Shown in pieces: positions 43,541 to 56,845 of a DNA stretch of 64,000 nucleotides; within the stretch, counting starts at the first letter, position 1; every line of letters starts with the position of its first letter. The notes beneath the pieces were generated by a model that had not been told where the DNA came from, did no database searches, and saw only the letters and a list, made by a program, of their open reading frames with translations. The position numbers and the translations under genes were made by a program. Source of the DNA: the human T2T-CHM13v2.0 reference genome, Homo sapiens; NCBI RefSeq assembly GCF_009914755.1, contig NC_060925.1. One strand, given 5' to 3'.

Positions 43541-44139
43541 TCTAAAAAATAACTTCTATTACAGGAATAATACATATCTTTTTTTCAAAATAACTTCAAA
43601 AATTTGAAAAGCCAAACTCTGAAACTGTTTACATCAGTAAATTTCAAACAATTTTTTTAAGCAACTGAGCTCTTACCCCTTAACTCTCCACATCAAATCT
43701 CATGTAGAACCCCAATATGTAGAACACATAAAAATGGAGCTGCTGTGGTTCAAACAGAGGCAAGAGGCCTGGAGTGCCCTAGCACTCCTTAGCCTCCCTC
43801 CCAGTATACCCACCCACTACAACCCCTGTAGCACCTCTAAAAGACCCAAGAGCTCTACAAAACATATGTTGACAACCAATAGTCTAGATGAAACATGAGT
43901 GAGCTATTCTTTTGGGATGGATCCACCATGTCCATATTTCTTATTATTGATGCCAGAATATTCTTAGAATAATTATTTCAATATAAACCAAGTTCCTTTT
44001 AATAATAAAATTTCTCTTTTAAATAAAGCATTTTAAAATACAGGAAAAAAGGATTATTAATTTGTTACTAATAAAGCAGTGTTTTCACAAACAAGTTTGA
44101 TGTATAAAAACTGTATTGCAGTCAAGGGCAGGGACTCAC

Positions 44140-44258
44140 CTACAGATGAGCTAGAAGGAGGATCCTGGCTGGTGGAGGGGAGATCTGACTCATCAGATGC
44201 TTGAACCGGCTCTTCTTCCTGCTGGCTATCAATTTCTAGGCCTGCTTCTGAACTAATA
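44140..44258 (-). CDS. TPR: TPR exon 49
   Basis: [39 protein letters not shown], 119 nt. Confidence 0.94.
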
Positions 44259-44829
44259 CTAAGGAAAAGAAAAATGAGAAAATACAAAACTGATCCTACA
44301 GTCAATCATAAATTATATCCACTCTTTTAAATCTATTTTATCACTTAAGTAATCCAGAGCTCCCTTAAACAAAAAATTATAGACTGATTTGGTTACCATA
44401 TATATTTTTCAAAGGAGCAGGGGGGAAAAGAGCTCAAATTGTTTTTTCCTCATTCCTTTTCTCACTATGACATGTTCCAATTTTAGTTTATGATTTTCCT
44501 CTTCTTATGTTTCCTTTTGACAAGGATGTTCACATTCTTGACACTCATAAGAAATATATGGTCCAGATTTTGATAAATCTCAAAACAACATTTTAGGAAA
44601 GCACAGTACTATAAAAAGTTCACAACAGTCACACTACTAAATAGTATACCAGTAACCAAACCACGGGCTCTAGCCCAGATGAGATAGGCTATGGGTATGT
44701 AAAATTCCTGGCTCAGTGGCTACATCCATCTTTCTCTCTTCCATTCAAGACACAAATGAGGGAGACAGTACAAGAATAACATGAATCTGCTCCAGTTTAA
44801 GTCATGTGAAAACTTCAGTACAAAATGAC

Positions 44830-45012
44830 TACAAAAATTAGCCAGGCATGGTGGCGGGTGCCTGTAATCCCAGCTACTTGGGAGGCTGAGGCAGAAAATT
44901 GCTTGAACCCAGGAGGCGGAGGCTGCACTGAGCCGAGATCACGCCACTGCACTCCAGCATGGGCGACAGAGCGAGACTCTGTCTCAAAAAAAAAAACAAA
45001 AAAAAACAAAAC
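44830..45012 (+). mobile_element. Alu right arm (5'-truncated)
   Basis: Begins at the central TACAAAAATTAGCC linker. Confidence 0.88.
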
Positions 45013-45104
45013 ACAACTTTGCAGATTGTTTCTTGGCTAAAGGAAAACAAATGTACAAGTCTGTTGAGACTAAAGCAAGCAAAAACAACAAAATAAACTT
45101 TTAC

Positions 45105-45261
45105 CCTTCAGATTCTGCCTCCACAAATACTTCATCTCCATCATCACCTGTTGCTGTTTCATTTGTTGTAGATAAAGTGCCAGTGGATGTAGTCACCATT
45201 GGAACAGATTGAGAGGCATGTTCCGAAGCATCAGAGGTGGTGCTCTCAGTAAATACAGTCA
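45105..45261 (-). CDS. TPR: TPR exon 48
   Basis: [23 protein letters not shown]...[10 protein letters not shown], 157 nt. Confidence 0.94.
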
Positions 45262-45390
45262 CTTTAAAAAGACAACACAAGAAAAAGAACTTTAAAACTT
45301 TGTGGTTTATCACATTTTTAGCCAGAAGATACTTCATAGGTTTTCATTTTACCAATAAAACAGAACCTACTATCTGCCTTTGATCCCTAC

Positions 45391-45486
45391 CTGGGGCTGC
45401 TACTTGTAGTGGAGTAGTGGGAACACTTCGGCCACCTGACTCTTCTTCATGAGCTAGGAACAGGGGTGTTTCATACATTCCTAAAC
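45391..45486 (-). CDS. TPR: TPR exon 47
   Basis: [32 protein letters not shown], 96 nt. Confidence 0.94.
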
Positions 45487-45643
45487 CTAAAGACAATTCT
45501 GAATATTAATGAATGACTGAAAAAAACATAAAATTATCAACAAGTCAGGGATGTGAAAGAAAAATATTAATTATTGGAGATATACAACTTTACTAAAGTC
45601 CACGATTTAATTATTCCATCAAGCAAAAATCCATCTCTCAAAC

Positions 45644-45946
45644 TTTTATTTTTTATTTTATTTTAGAGACAGGGTCTCGTTCTGTCACCCAAGTTAAGAG
45701 TGCAGTGACACCACCATAGCTCACTGTAGCCTCAAACTCCTGGGCTCAAGTGATCCTCCCACCTCAGCTTCCCAAGGAGCTAGGGCTACCAACACAGACC
45801 CAGCTAATTATTTTTCATTTTTGTAGAGACAGGGGTCAGTCTTGTTATGTTGTCAAGGCTGCACCTGAACTCCTGGCCTCAAGTGATCCTCCTGCCTTGG
45901 CCTCCCAAAGTTCTGGGATTACAAGTGTGAGCCACTGCACCTGGCC
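45644..45946 (-). mobile_element. Alu (AluJ-like)
   Basis: Diverged antisense dimer; TSD TCAAA(C/A)TTTTA. Confidence 0.88.
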
Positions 45947-46969
45947 TCAAAATTTTAAATACAACTTAAAGACATCCTTTAAACTTTCTAATGCTACAGT
46001 ACCCTTAAAACATTCGCTAAAATGCTCTTAAGAGTTTCATACAAGCTAATTTTATTGAGTATCCAACTATGGATGTTAATTACAAAGTAATTAACAAAGT
46101 AATTACCAAGGTTACTAAGCTTAAAATGTTGGCATTCCAATTTAAGCCTAGATGCCCAAGTCTAGGAAACTGTATTAACATACAAAGTCACAAAATCACA
46201 TAACATTTTAAATTTACAAAGTCAACTTACAATTTCATATAAGAAGAGGCCTTCAGTGTTAGAACTAATATCCTAAACAAGCAGATGTTACATTACATGA
46301 CTTTTATGATGGCTAAAGATTGAGCTTATTGTAATAGTAGTATGCATTCTCTATTCATTTACCAAGTGCCAGACAGCTTCCCAGAAATAAAGAGGGTAAT
46401 ATGAATTCCAACTGAGGATTAAAAGGTAATCAATTCCACAAACAGCATAATTCACATGTGGAAAACTAGCTAATTCTACTACTTAATGTAGTGGCCATTT
46501 TATTCCACATATTTTGATCTTTTATTTTTTGTTTTTTTAAGTAATGTTAATACAAAAAATATAACTAGCCTTATACATTTAATTAGAAATGTTACAAGTG
46601 TCAAGCTGTAAACAGAAAACATGCTGCATTCCTTCCAACAACTTTAAAATGGCTAGTAGTACCTATATTTATTGGTTCAACACATATTCCTGAATACTTA
46701 AACTACGTGTATGACATTACACCAGGAGCCAGAAGAGATACTAATGTAAAAGCTAATCCTTATGCTCAAAGAAATTAGAACTTTGTTGGAAAGATAAGAT
46801 GTAAGGCAGTGCTTAATAAGTATACTACAGCATTTAAAAAAATAAATTAGCAAACAATATCAATTTTAAAAATATTCATATTTGCTCTTTTTCCCCCCTT
46901 AAATCACATCTTAATAGTTTATTACCAAATACATACAAATTCAGGGGATCTAAAGGTTTAACTATTTAC

Positions 46970-47076
46970 CTCCTTGAGAAGCAAGCTGGCCAAGATCAGA
47001 GTGACTAGAACTTGTTTGTGGCATATCTTCAGGTGGCCCAAACCGGAATCTAGGGACACCAGCAACCTGCGGCGAA
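46970..47076 (-). CDS. TPR: TPR exon 46
   Basis: [35 protein letters not shown], 107 nt. Confidence 0.94.
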
Positions 47077-48975
47077 CTAAATGGACAAAAACTAATTTAA
47101 GATGAAATTTAAAGTTAACCTATTTAAACCACAATGGTGAAAAAAATATAGGAAGAAGGAAGAATGAACATCAACAAACTGGGAAGGAAACAGATTGAAA
47201 ATAAAGTCTATTTATTTTAAAGGGTTTCTTACTTATAAAAATCCTTTTATACTATCAGCTGTCAATGAATTTAGTAATAAGAATAACCTGTGATTTATAT
47301 GTAATTAATTTTCAGCTCTCCTGAACTATGCCTCACATTTCTTGAATGTCTCAGATATCCTCACATAGATAAACTGAAAGCAACACAAACTCAACATAAA
47401 ACATAACAAAAAGAGTTGTTAGAATGAAGTCATGAGACAAAGTTTTATCTTAGTTTTCATTTGGTCATAGAAAAATCAAGTCACCTGTCTAGCTTATTAA
47501 GAGTTCACTAGCTAGCTCCCAAGGTTTAGGAAAATTCTAATATTAGATAGCTAAAAACTTGCTTTCTTTGTTATCCTAATAACACTATCATTTATCTTTC
47601 TGCCTATAATTCAGGACATAAAACTTAGCATTATTTAACTCTGCCTATCTTTCCTTAGCTAGTGAGCTATTAATGTCTTTAGGAAACATGGAGTTCAGGA
47701 AGTGGTGACTTCTAGAGGCACAGGGGTAGTGACATTTATTTGAGTGAAAATGCTGTTGATTGCTGGTACTCAGAATTCTGCATGTTTATTGGAGTGAGTC
47801 TCTTCCTGAGTGCTGACTTTCAGAAGGAAGGAGCTGAAATTGATTGGCTGGTTTGTAAGAATGTGTTAGCCAAGGTAAATTGTGGCTAACTGAGCAAGTT
47901 TAAAACTGGTTCTAACCGCCACATGTTACATCTACAGAACAATCAACCTTTCCCCAAGTTTGTAGAAATTTTTAAATTCTGATCTTCAAATACATCCTGT
48001 TAAGCAACTAATACCTTAGCCACGAATAAATGTGTATACTTTCACACGGAGAGCCTTTCAACCGTTTAAGAGGAGTGGTATAGCACAACACTTAGCATAG
48101 CCTCTACAGCCAGACTAACTGGTTTGAAACTAAAAACTGCAACTTCCTTGCTGTCTGACCTCTGGCAAATTTGTTAACATGTCTGTGCTTCAGTATACTA
48201 TAAGATGACAACATTAATAATGTCTACTCTCATAAGTTATGAGGTTAAATAAACTAATGCATGAAAATGCTCAATAAATGCTAGCTATTCTTTCCCAAGA
48301 CTGAATTCAATATCATCCGCGTTAAATCATCTCATATTCTTTCTCATTAGTTGTTGAAATAAATTACTTCTTCATTTGTAGTAACAAAGCCTACTGCTTA
48401 TTCCTCTATTATCCTTCTACATTGTTTACATTACAGTTAGTTGCTCATTTGCTTAGCTTTCACAAGAATACTATAAATTATGATCATTGTAATTACCAAC
48501 ACTTAATCAACAACTATAAAGCAATTTATCATGTGTCAGGTAACATCTTAAACATGTTAACACAAATTAACTGATTCACTTAATTCTTATAACTTATGCA
48601 ACAGAAATTATTCTATTGTTATTCCCATTTTTAAAATGAAGGTGCTCATGAACAGAGAACCTAAGGAACTTGCTACCGCTAGTAAACAGTAGAGTTAGGT
48701 TTCAAACACAGGCATTCTAACTCTAGAGGCCATGTTCTTAAACATTCTTATATTGTCTTTAACTTCAAAATTCTTGGTAGAAGTAACTGTATGTCATTCA
48801 CCTCTGTATAATTTTCCCCAACAATACATCCTCAACTGACCTACCCCAAGTACTTATTAGTACACAGTAGAGAGGGACTCAACAAACAATGAGTTAACCA
48901 AATGATAAACAAACTAACAGAGAAAGACTAAAAGTTTGATTAGTTATAAAGTATGTTTCTCTTTCATTAACTTAC

Positions 48976-49070
48976 TGAATTGCTTCAGCAAATCCATCAG
49001 TACGATGTGGCACCACAAGAGTTGGAGTACTTGGAACTGTTCTGTCTTCATCATCAAAAAAATGCTGTTG
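48976..49070 (-). CDS. TPR: TPR exon 45
   Basis: [32 protein letters not shown], 95 nt. Confidence 0.94.
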
Positions 49071-49175
49071 CTAAAACAAAGAAAACAGAGTTAACAAACA
49101 AAACACCACACATATGGACTATATAAATATCTGCTCAAGAAATGAATTACTTTTACATAATGGGTAAGTACTTAC

Positions 49176-49244
49176 CATGCCACCTATTCCTGGAGTCAAC
49201 TGAAGGCCACGTCCTACAGACTGCCTTCGGGTCATCTGAATTCT
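49176..49244 (-). CDS. TPR: TPR exon 44
   Basis: [23 protein letters not shown], 69 nt. Confidence 0.93.
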
Positions 49245-50343
49245 CTGCGTGTCAAGATAAAGGAATTACATTTGCTTTAAGAAATGAGGCAATGAAACAA
49301 ACACCAAATATCAACAGATACAGCTTATTACGCTGCCAACAAAATAGTTAGCAGACAGGTAATTAGGACATTTTCCCAGGAAAACCTGCCAAGAAATCAC
49401 TTTTGTCAATGACAAATTTTTAATTATAGTCTATAATATTAACCAATAAAAATCATTCTATTAACCAACAGACCAATTATTAACCAATACTTAAAACAGA
49501 TCTATGATACCATCTTGTATGTAAACAAATTTAATTCCTATTTCCTTAGTTGGAAGTGTTAGCAAGTATTCTTTTGGAGTTCAAACAGCAGTATTGTTTT
49601 TTAAACTGTTTTCCAGTTAAGATAATTCTAAATGGACAGATTGGATATATTTTTGTAGCCTCCATACAGGATCCTTTAAGACTTTATATTTTCCCATCAT
49701 GAAGTTATTTTCACTAGTGGTATTTCAGTAGAATCTATATTTGACAGTGTTTACACATACTATTTTATAGGGAAAAACTTAAGCTAAATTAATAGAACTT
49801 TTGTACTTTTCCTACTCTTTTTCCAAGTGCTTCTGATTAAGAGATGCCCGACCCTACTACATGCTAAATATAAGGGGTCATACATACCTTCATTAAACTT
49901 AAAAGTTAAAATATGTGATTACCAAGAAATGAGAAAAAATATTCTTCTGTTAAGTACAACAGAAATTCCTTTATCTTTTATAAATACGTGCACTGTAGAG
50001 AAAGAAACCTTCAAATCAGATAATGGTGAGCTGCGAAAATGTACTTTAATTAAAACCCAAGAAAATCTTTTTCTTTTCTCACTTGAGAAATAACAATTTT
50101 ATTTGCTATGACTATAACCATTTCAATGTATGCACAACTTTTAGTAACACTTGCCTTTCTAAACATCCCTCAGAGATTAGTTTTAGTTCAAAGAATTTTA
50201 TAAAAATATGCCAAAATACCAAAAAGTTCATGGGATTGCTAATTTAAAAAAACCAAGAGAGAGAGAGAAATACATAATGGAAAGGGAGAAAAGCCAAGAT
50301 TTTTTTCAAGTTCATTTTTCATAATGACCAGTACTTTTAATAC

Positions 50344-50528
50344 CTGAACTGGTGGTCCCAACTCCTGAGGTGGGGCATGAATGGTCAGTCTTGGGGGAAG
50401 TGGATGTGGTGGGCGTCTCGGTGACTGAGGTGCTCGAGGGGCCTGTCTTTCAGATGCTGATGATGGCTGTTGTTCTCTAGAAACCTCCTGAGAAAAAGAA
50501 GATTCTGCAGCACCTGTATTTCCTTCAC
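50344..50528 (-). CDS. TPR: TPR exon 43
   Basis: [62 protein letters not shown], 185 nt. Confidence 0.94.
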
Positions 50529-52421
50529 CTGTAGGAAAAGAGAAATTTACTTTTGAACTGCTAAATTTACCACAAAAAAACTTGGACAATCCCTAGAAGT
50601 ATAAATCTTGCCAACAGGAATGTTCACCGTACGAATATTTTCAGAAGTAAAGTAGTGAGGTGTGATGGAAGCAAATGTGGGTTTTACACCCAGAGACAAT
50701 GGGATGTGTACTTATTCGCTGTGTGGCTTTGGGCAAGTCCCTTAACCTCTTTGAGTCTATTTTTTGGTTGGTTAATAGAGCAAATGTAACCTCCAAGTCT
50801 GGTGTTTCTAAAATGGTTTTTCTAAAGATTTCAGATAATGAACATAAAGCTCTTAGCTCGACCTATGATAAACATTAAAAACACTAAAATTAAAGTAAAC
50901 ATTTAATAAAATAAAATAAAACTAAAATTAACATTTAATAAATCTGGATTAATTTTAATAAAGTAGACAAATTACCTAAAGGTTAGACCATTAGAGAATC
51001 AGTGTAACAATCAAAAAGGATAAAGACAGAGGAGAAGCCTTACAACTACATTTTAATCTTTTGGTTTTCCTGAATTTTGAATTTTAACAAATGTCTCTCA
51101 AATGTCTGGGTATTCTTCTACATACACTGTAGCAACAAAAGAAGCCATCTTCAACTATGAAAAGTTGAACAGGATGTCACAGAATTTCATAGTTTAAAAG
51201 TCTGAGGTCTAGATTCAGATCCTTGCTCTAATACTTAAGCTACTTAGCTACTTAGTAAGCTATGCGACACCTCAAGTCACTTTACTTCTGCGATTCAGAT
51301 TCTTCATTGATACCTAAACCTTATTAAGTTTACTACAAGAATTAAACAATTCAATACAAGTGTAGTTGCTTGAAATGTACTCAAATCCATCCATTAATTT
51401 TGTTCAGGGCACTAGGCCTATTTTTGCTTGGTTGCAAAAATAAAAATAAAAATAAATAGGAAAAAGAAGGAAGGAAGGAAGGGAGGGAGGGAGGGAGACC
51501 TAGAGGAGCAAAAATTCCTCCCTCTATATTTCAACTACGTGATACACAAAAAATGTTTCTTAACCTACAAATTGTTTATAAATGTAAATTTTTGTTCAAA
51601 GTATATCAATTTCTCATCTCCCTTTAAAAGTAAGAATAGTATTACCTATTATATGGCTTAATATTCATTAATGTATTTTTCTCTTAAAAAATTTAAAAGT
51701 TTTGTCTGTTCTTTAGTTAAAATGAGAATATATCTTGCCCTTTTAAATACCCAGGCCTCTACAGAAACCCAGATACAGTATTTTCCCATTAGTCTAAACA
51801 GCTAAGGTTTTACTATGTCAACACTAATGATTTCAGCTTAGTATCAGTTGTTAGTTATCTATTACCAGATAATCACTAATTATTTAATACACATTTCAAA
51901 ATAAAATTATTTTCTACGACTTCCATACTCTTTTAATGCCCACAACTTTTCAGTGGACCTCCAGGACTTATCCAAGATTTAACAAAATATATGCTATATT
52001 GATCCAAAAATCTTTTATTCATTGGAAAAGCAGACCATACTGCAAAGCTCCAATAGCCCCAAATCTTGAAGCATGCAGCTTGATTAGACTGACCTCCTCT
52101 GGCTGTGAACTGCTGTTACAAGTAGTCCCTAATTTAATTTTTCCTCTTAATGGCAGCATATAGCATTTATAATACCGTAAGGGTTACAAAATGTTTGCAT
52201 CTTACAGCAGCCCAATGAGGCAGAAAAGAGTATAATGACAGCACCTAACAATCATAAATATAGTAGACTTTTTATGAGAGCACAACAGTCACAAAGCTAG
52301 AACAGGGGCCAATCTCTTTTTACCAATTCAATAAATAAATTTATATATTAGAATTAAGTGCAATTCTAGTTTAGAAAATACCAGAGATATTCAATTCAAA
52401 AAAGGCTAATAAAAATCTCAC

Positions 52422-52512
52422 CACTGTTTTGAGAATCAGCAGCTCTGTGATTACCTTCACCTCCACCCATACTTTCTTCTGTTTCTGTACCTGGATCAGT
52501 CCCATCACCACC
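52422..52512 (-). CDS. TPR: TPR exon 42
   Basis: [30 protein letters not shown], 91 nt. Confidence 0.94.
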
Positions 52513-52761
52513 CTAAAAACAAAACGTGGTAACATAATGCTCAAATAAAATAAATATGTTAAAAAAACCGGACAGAATAATTAACCAAACCAAACCACAA
52601 CAAAAACAAATAAGTAACCATAACAACAAAAAACAAAACAAATGAACAAAACAACCAAAGGTTTTAGTGAATTTCATAAGCCTTTCTATATCCTTGGAAA
52701 ACAGCAAGTGAAAGAAAGCTCATAGAAAGAACTATGAATGGTTAAAATTCTAGCCAGTTAC

Positions 52762-52893
52762 CTCAGCATCATCAGCTTCATAACCATCATTGCCATCGGC
52801 ACTACCAGTTCCTTCATTACTATCTTCACCCTCATCTCCCATCCCTGTGTCATCTTCATCATCATCATCATCTTCCTCATCCTCTTCATAATC
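52762..52893 (-). CDS. TPR: TPR exon 41 (acidic tract)
   Basis: [44 protein letters not shown], 132 nt. Confidence 0.94.
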
Positions 52894-53634
52894 CTAGTAG
52901 AAAGTTCCCCAGGCATAAATAAAAGTTTAGAATATGGCCCACATGCTCTGCATGTCTAGATACCACACTTAGAAATTTAAGTGACTCATTAATCAGAAGA
53001 TAGGAATTGTCCTGAGAGTTGTATGGGATTAGTACAGCAGCACCAAATACCACAACTGTGATACTTACTGGAATTAGTGCAATAATGATCAATTCTGAAT
53101 TCTAACTGTTTGCATGAGATTGCTCAAAGATAATATAGACCTCAGGTGTCAGCAAAATATCAAGTGGTCCAGTTTAATTCTAAATTTAAAAAGGTGGAGT
53201 TGAAGAAAATGATAAAATTACACTATATCAGGAGCTATTTAAAAAATGTTTATTAATCTAAAATAAGAAGCTGTCAATATAGGATTAAACCCCAAAATAA
53301 AACAAACAATTTGACCTTATATATATAAAATACACTTTATATATAAAAAAATGACAAAAATGAACTATGGGGCTCCAAGAGGAAACAAAAACAATTCTTG
53401 TTTCTTCTTTTTATCTCCGGAAACCATAGCACTTACATTTAAAGCCATACAGTCACTTATCAATAAGACTTAAAATTAGGTCTAACTGATAACAAATCCT
53501 AAAAGACTCATCAATTGTCAAAAAAACAAAATGAAACAAAATTTTAAAAATGGGCATTCCATCACTGGCTCTACACTAATTTTCATTATAAAATGTTGAT
53601 TTCTGAACTAATTAAGATAGAAGAAAAACAATAT

Positions 53635-54081
53635 ATATAATCTATTTAATATATAATATATTAAATATATAATATATATATTATATATATAAATATATAT
53701 AAATATATAACATATATATTATATATATAAATATATATAAATATATAATATATATTTATATATAATATATATAAATATATATTATATATTTATATATAAT
53801 ATATATAAATATATAATATATATTTATATATATTTATATATATATATATAATATATATTTATATATATAATATATATAAATATATAATATATATTTATAT
53901 ATATAATATATATAAATATATAATATATTTATATATATAATATATATAAATATATAATATATATATTTATATATAAATATATATAAATATATTATATATT
54001 TATATATAAATATATATAAATATATAATATATAATATATTAAATATATAATATATAATATAAATAAATATAATCTATTTAA
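53635..54081. repeat. A/T-only (TA)n-like low-complexity tract, TPR intron 40
   Basis: 53643-54073 contains only A/T except a single C at 53711. Confidence 0.95.
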
Positions 54082-54186
54082 GCTGACTGGGAACCAGAAT
54101 TTACAGCCAATGCATTAGTATCCCAAGGATTTGAGCACTTTCATCCAATAGTTTAAAAACACTAGATGATTTCAAATCAAACTTAC

Positions 54187-54387
54187 CTCATGTTCTCCAT
54201 CATTTTCATCATCATCCTCTTCTTCATCATCACTGTCAATTACAATGACATCATCTCCTTTGCCTTGACCATCCTGGGATGAAGTTGTCGTCTGCTGATC
54301 TGATTGAAGTGGCCCAAGATCTATTTGTAGAGACTGAGAGGTTTCTTCACTGTCTTCCATAGGTGTATAATCTCCCTGGGTAACTCC
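54187..54387 (-). CDS. TPR: TPR exon 40
   Basis: [26 protein letters not shown]...[23 protein letters not shown], 201 nt. Confidence 0.94.
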
Positions 54388-54514
54388 CTTTAAAAATAAA
54401 AAAGTTAAAAAAGAATTAAGAGCCCTATAAACATACCTAAAACTATATGTGAGGTATTATTATAGGTCAAAGTAAAGAATAATGAGTACTTATGGACTAG
54501 CAGCATTTAATTTA

Positions 54515-54809
54515 ATTTTTCTTTTTTGAGACAGTCTCGCTCTTGTCACCCTGGCTGGAGTGCAATGGTGCTATCTCAGCTCACTGAAACCTCCGCCCCA
54601 CTGGGTTCAAGCGACTCTCCTGCCTCAGCCTCCTGAGTAGCTGGGACTATAGGCACCACCCCACGAAGTCTGGCTAATTTTTTGTATTTTTATTAGAGAC
54701 AGGGTTTCACCATGTTGGCCAGGCTGGTCTCGAACTCCTGACTTCAAGTGATCTCCCACCTTGGCCTCTCAGAGTACTCAGATTACAGGTGTGAGCTACC
54801 TCAGCCAGC
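54515..54809 (-). mobile_element. Alu (AluS)
   Basis: Antisense dimer; TSD CATTTAATTT. Confidence 0.9.
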
Positions 54810-54996
54810 TACATTTAATTTTAAAAATGGCATTTCAAGTATTTTTGAAGAAAGAAGATGAACCTTTGAGTTTCCTTAATGTCTTCCTATAGAAGAATTA
54901 TCATAAATCTTATTGGTTAATACTCCAATAAGAAAAAGAGAAAAAAATATAAACAAATATTTGTGCATTCAAAACTACTAGCGTGATATCGCGTAT

Positions 54997-55262
54997 CAGT
55001 GCTGTGAGACAGGAATATGTCATGTAATTTTAAATTTGTTAGTAGCCACTTAAAAACAGGTGATTAATAATATACTTAACCAATATATCCAAAATATTAT
55101 TTCAACATGTAATCAATGTAAAAATTATTAACCAGATATTTCACATTTTAAAATTTCTACTAAGTCTTCAAAAATCTGATGTATATTTTATATTTGTATC
55201 AATTTGGACAGCCATATTTCAGTTGCTCAATGGCCAGGGCGGTTAGTGCACAATACAGCTGC
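54997..55262. mobile_element. MER33-like hAT-Charlie relic
   Basis: TAGTAGCCAC...CAATATATCCAAAATATTATTTCAACATGTAATCAAT motif. Confidence 0.7.
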
Positions 55263-56059
55263 AGACCAAAGTCAGAAAAGAAAAAAAAAATACTCATGGG
55301 TCTGCAATGTTTAAACAGAAGGTTTTCCCAAACTAGAACTAATTTGGAAATGCAGTGAATAAATAAGCTATTACCACTGTCTTTTTACAAAGAAAAGCAC
55401 TGAATACATAAGTTAGTATCATTGTCCTTTTACAAAGAACTTCTTCCCTCCTCAAAATTCCAATTATTCCAAGCCTTCAAACCAAAATAAATATATCAGA
55501 TACTAAATAATTCCTTGCTCAATCTATTTCCACAATTCTATTTTGTTAACTACTGAAATAAACTATTATTTTAACTTCATTTATAATATTTACTATCAAA
55601 AGTTAAATGTCTTTTTGGCTTAAGCACTCACTAAAATCAATTTTTTATACAAGCTAGCAACAGTATCTTTTAAACTAAGACATTCATAAAAAATTACATA
55701 TGCCGTAATGGAAAAAATGAGTAAGTCATGGTATAATTTAAAAAGTGCCTCAAAGTGACATGCTTATTTCAGAAAAAGCAACACTTGAAAAGAACGTCTG
55801 CTTCACTGTCAGAAAATCAGAAAAATGAACTGTTACACATTCAGTAGACAATGCTAGAGGGGTGGAATAAAAATCCAAATGGTATTTTGGAGTCACAGAC
55901 AATTTTGCTAATTTCAAGAAAAAGCTTTTGCAGAAGATTTCAGTATAATTTAACCAAGTCTGACAAGAAGGCAGAAAATCTTATTATTTTCAAATTGTTA
56001 TGTTCTTCAGAAACAATGCTCTCTGAAGGATAGATGAAAAAGATATCATTTATAGTACG

Positions 56060-56412
56060 CTCTGAATAAGTTATTTAAAATGCTTGGGTCCAGAAGTGTT
56101 TCAGATTTTGGATTTTTTAGAATTCTGGAATATTTGCATATCCATAATGAGACAGCTATAAGATGCAAGCATAAATGCAAAATTCACTTATGTTTCATAT
56201 ACAAAGGTGTATACACACAGCCTGAAGTTTATACACACAGCCTGAAGTTAATCTGACACAATATTTTTAATAGTTTTGTGTATAAAATGAAGTTCTAACT
56301 GTTTTGACTGTGGCCCATCACATGAGGTCAGGTGTGGAACATTACACACGTGGCTTGCAATGTTGGCACCTAAAAAGTTTTGAATTTTCAAATTAGGGAT
56401 GTTCAACCTGTA
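56060..56412. mobile_element. Tigger4/MER46-like TcMar DNA transposon relic
   Basis: AAAATGCTTGGG.CCAGAAGTGTTTCAGATTTTGG...TTAGGGATGTTCAACCTGTA terminus. Confidence 0.75.
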
Positions 56413-56845
56413 CTACATAATCATCTGAAGATTTAGTTTAGTGTTTTCAGTCAAAGAAAGCTGGTAAAATTAACTTACAAAATAAACGCAGCTAAGAAAC
56501 TAAAATTTACTTGCGATATGGCTATTTATGGTTAGCTTGAGACAATTCCTTAATTTTACATGATAAAATAATTATAGCATAAGATGATCCAGAAAGTTTA
56601 TACAGACAAAAGTACTGTTTCAAGCTTAGGACAGTTGAAAACTACACAGCCTGGGTTTGAATCTGAGCTCCAATGCTATGTGAACTTCGGTACACTACTT
56701 TATCTGGGTATCAGTTTCTGTAACTATGAGGTATAATGAAGATTAAATTAGTTAATAAATAAAAATTTCTTAGATCAACATTTGGCATATAGTAATGAGT
56801 TCTGTGTTAAATATTGATATTTAATTACTATCATACATTGTGATT

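Noticed and set aside
56210-56249. 20-bp tandem duplication TATACACACAGCCTGAAGTT
   Set aside because: Ordinary slippage duplication within a dead DNA transposon
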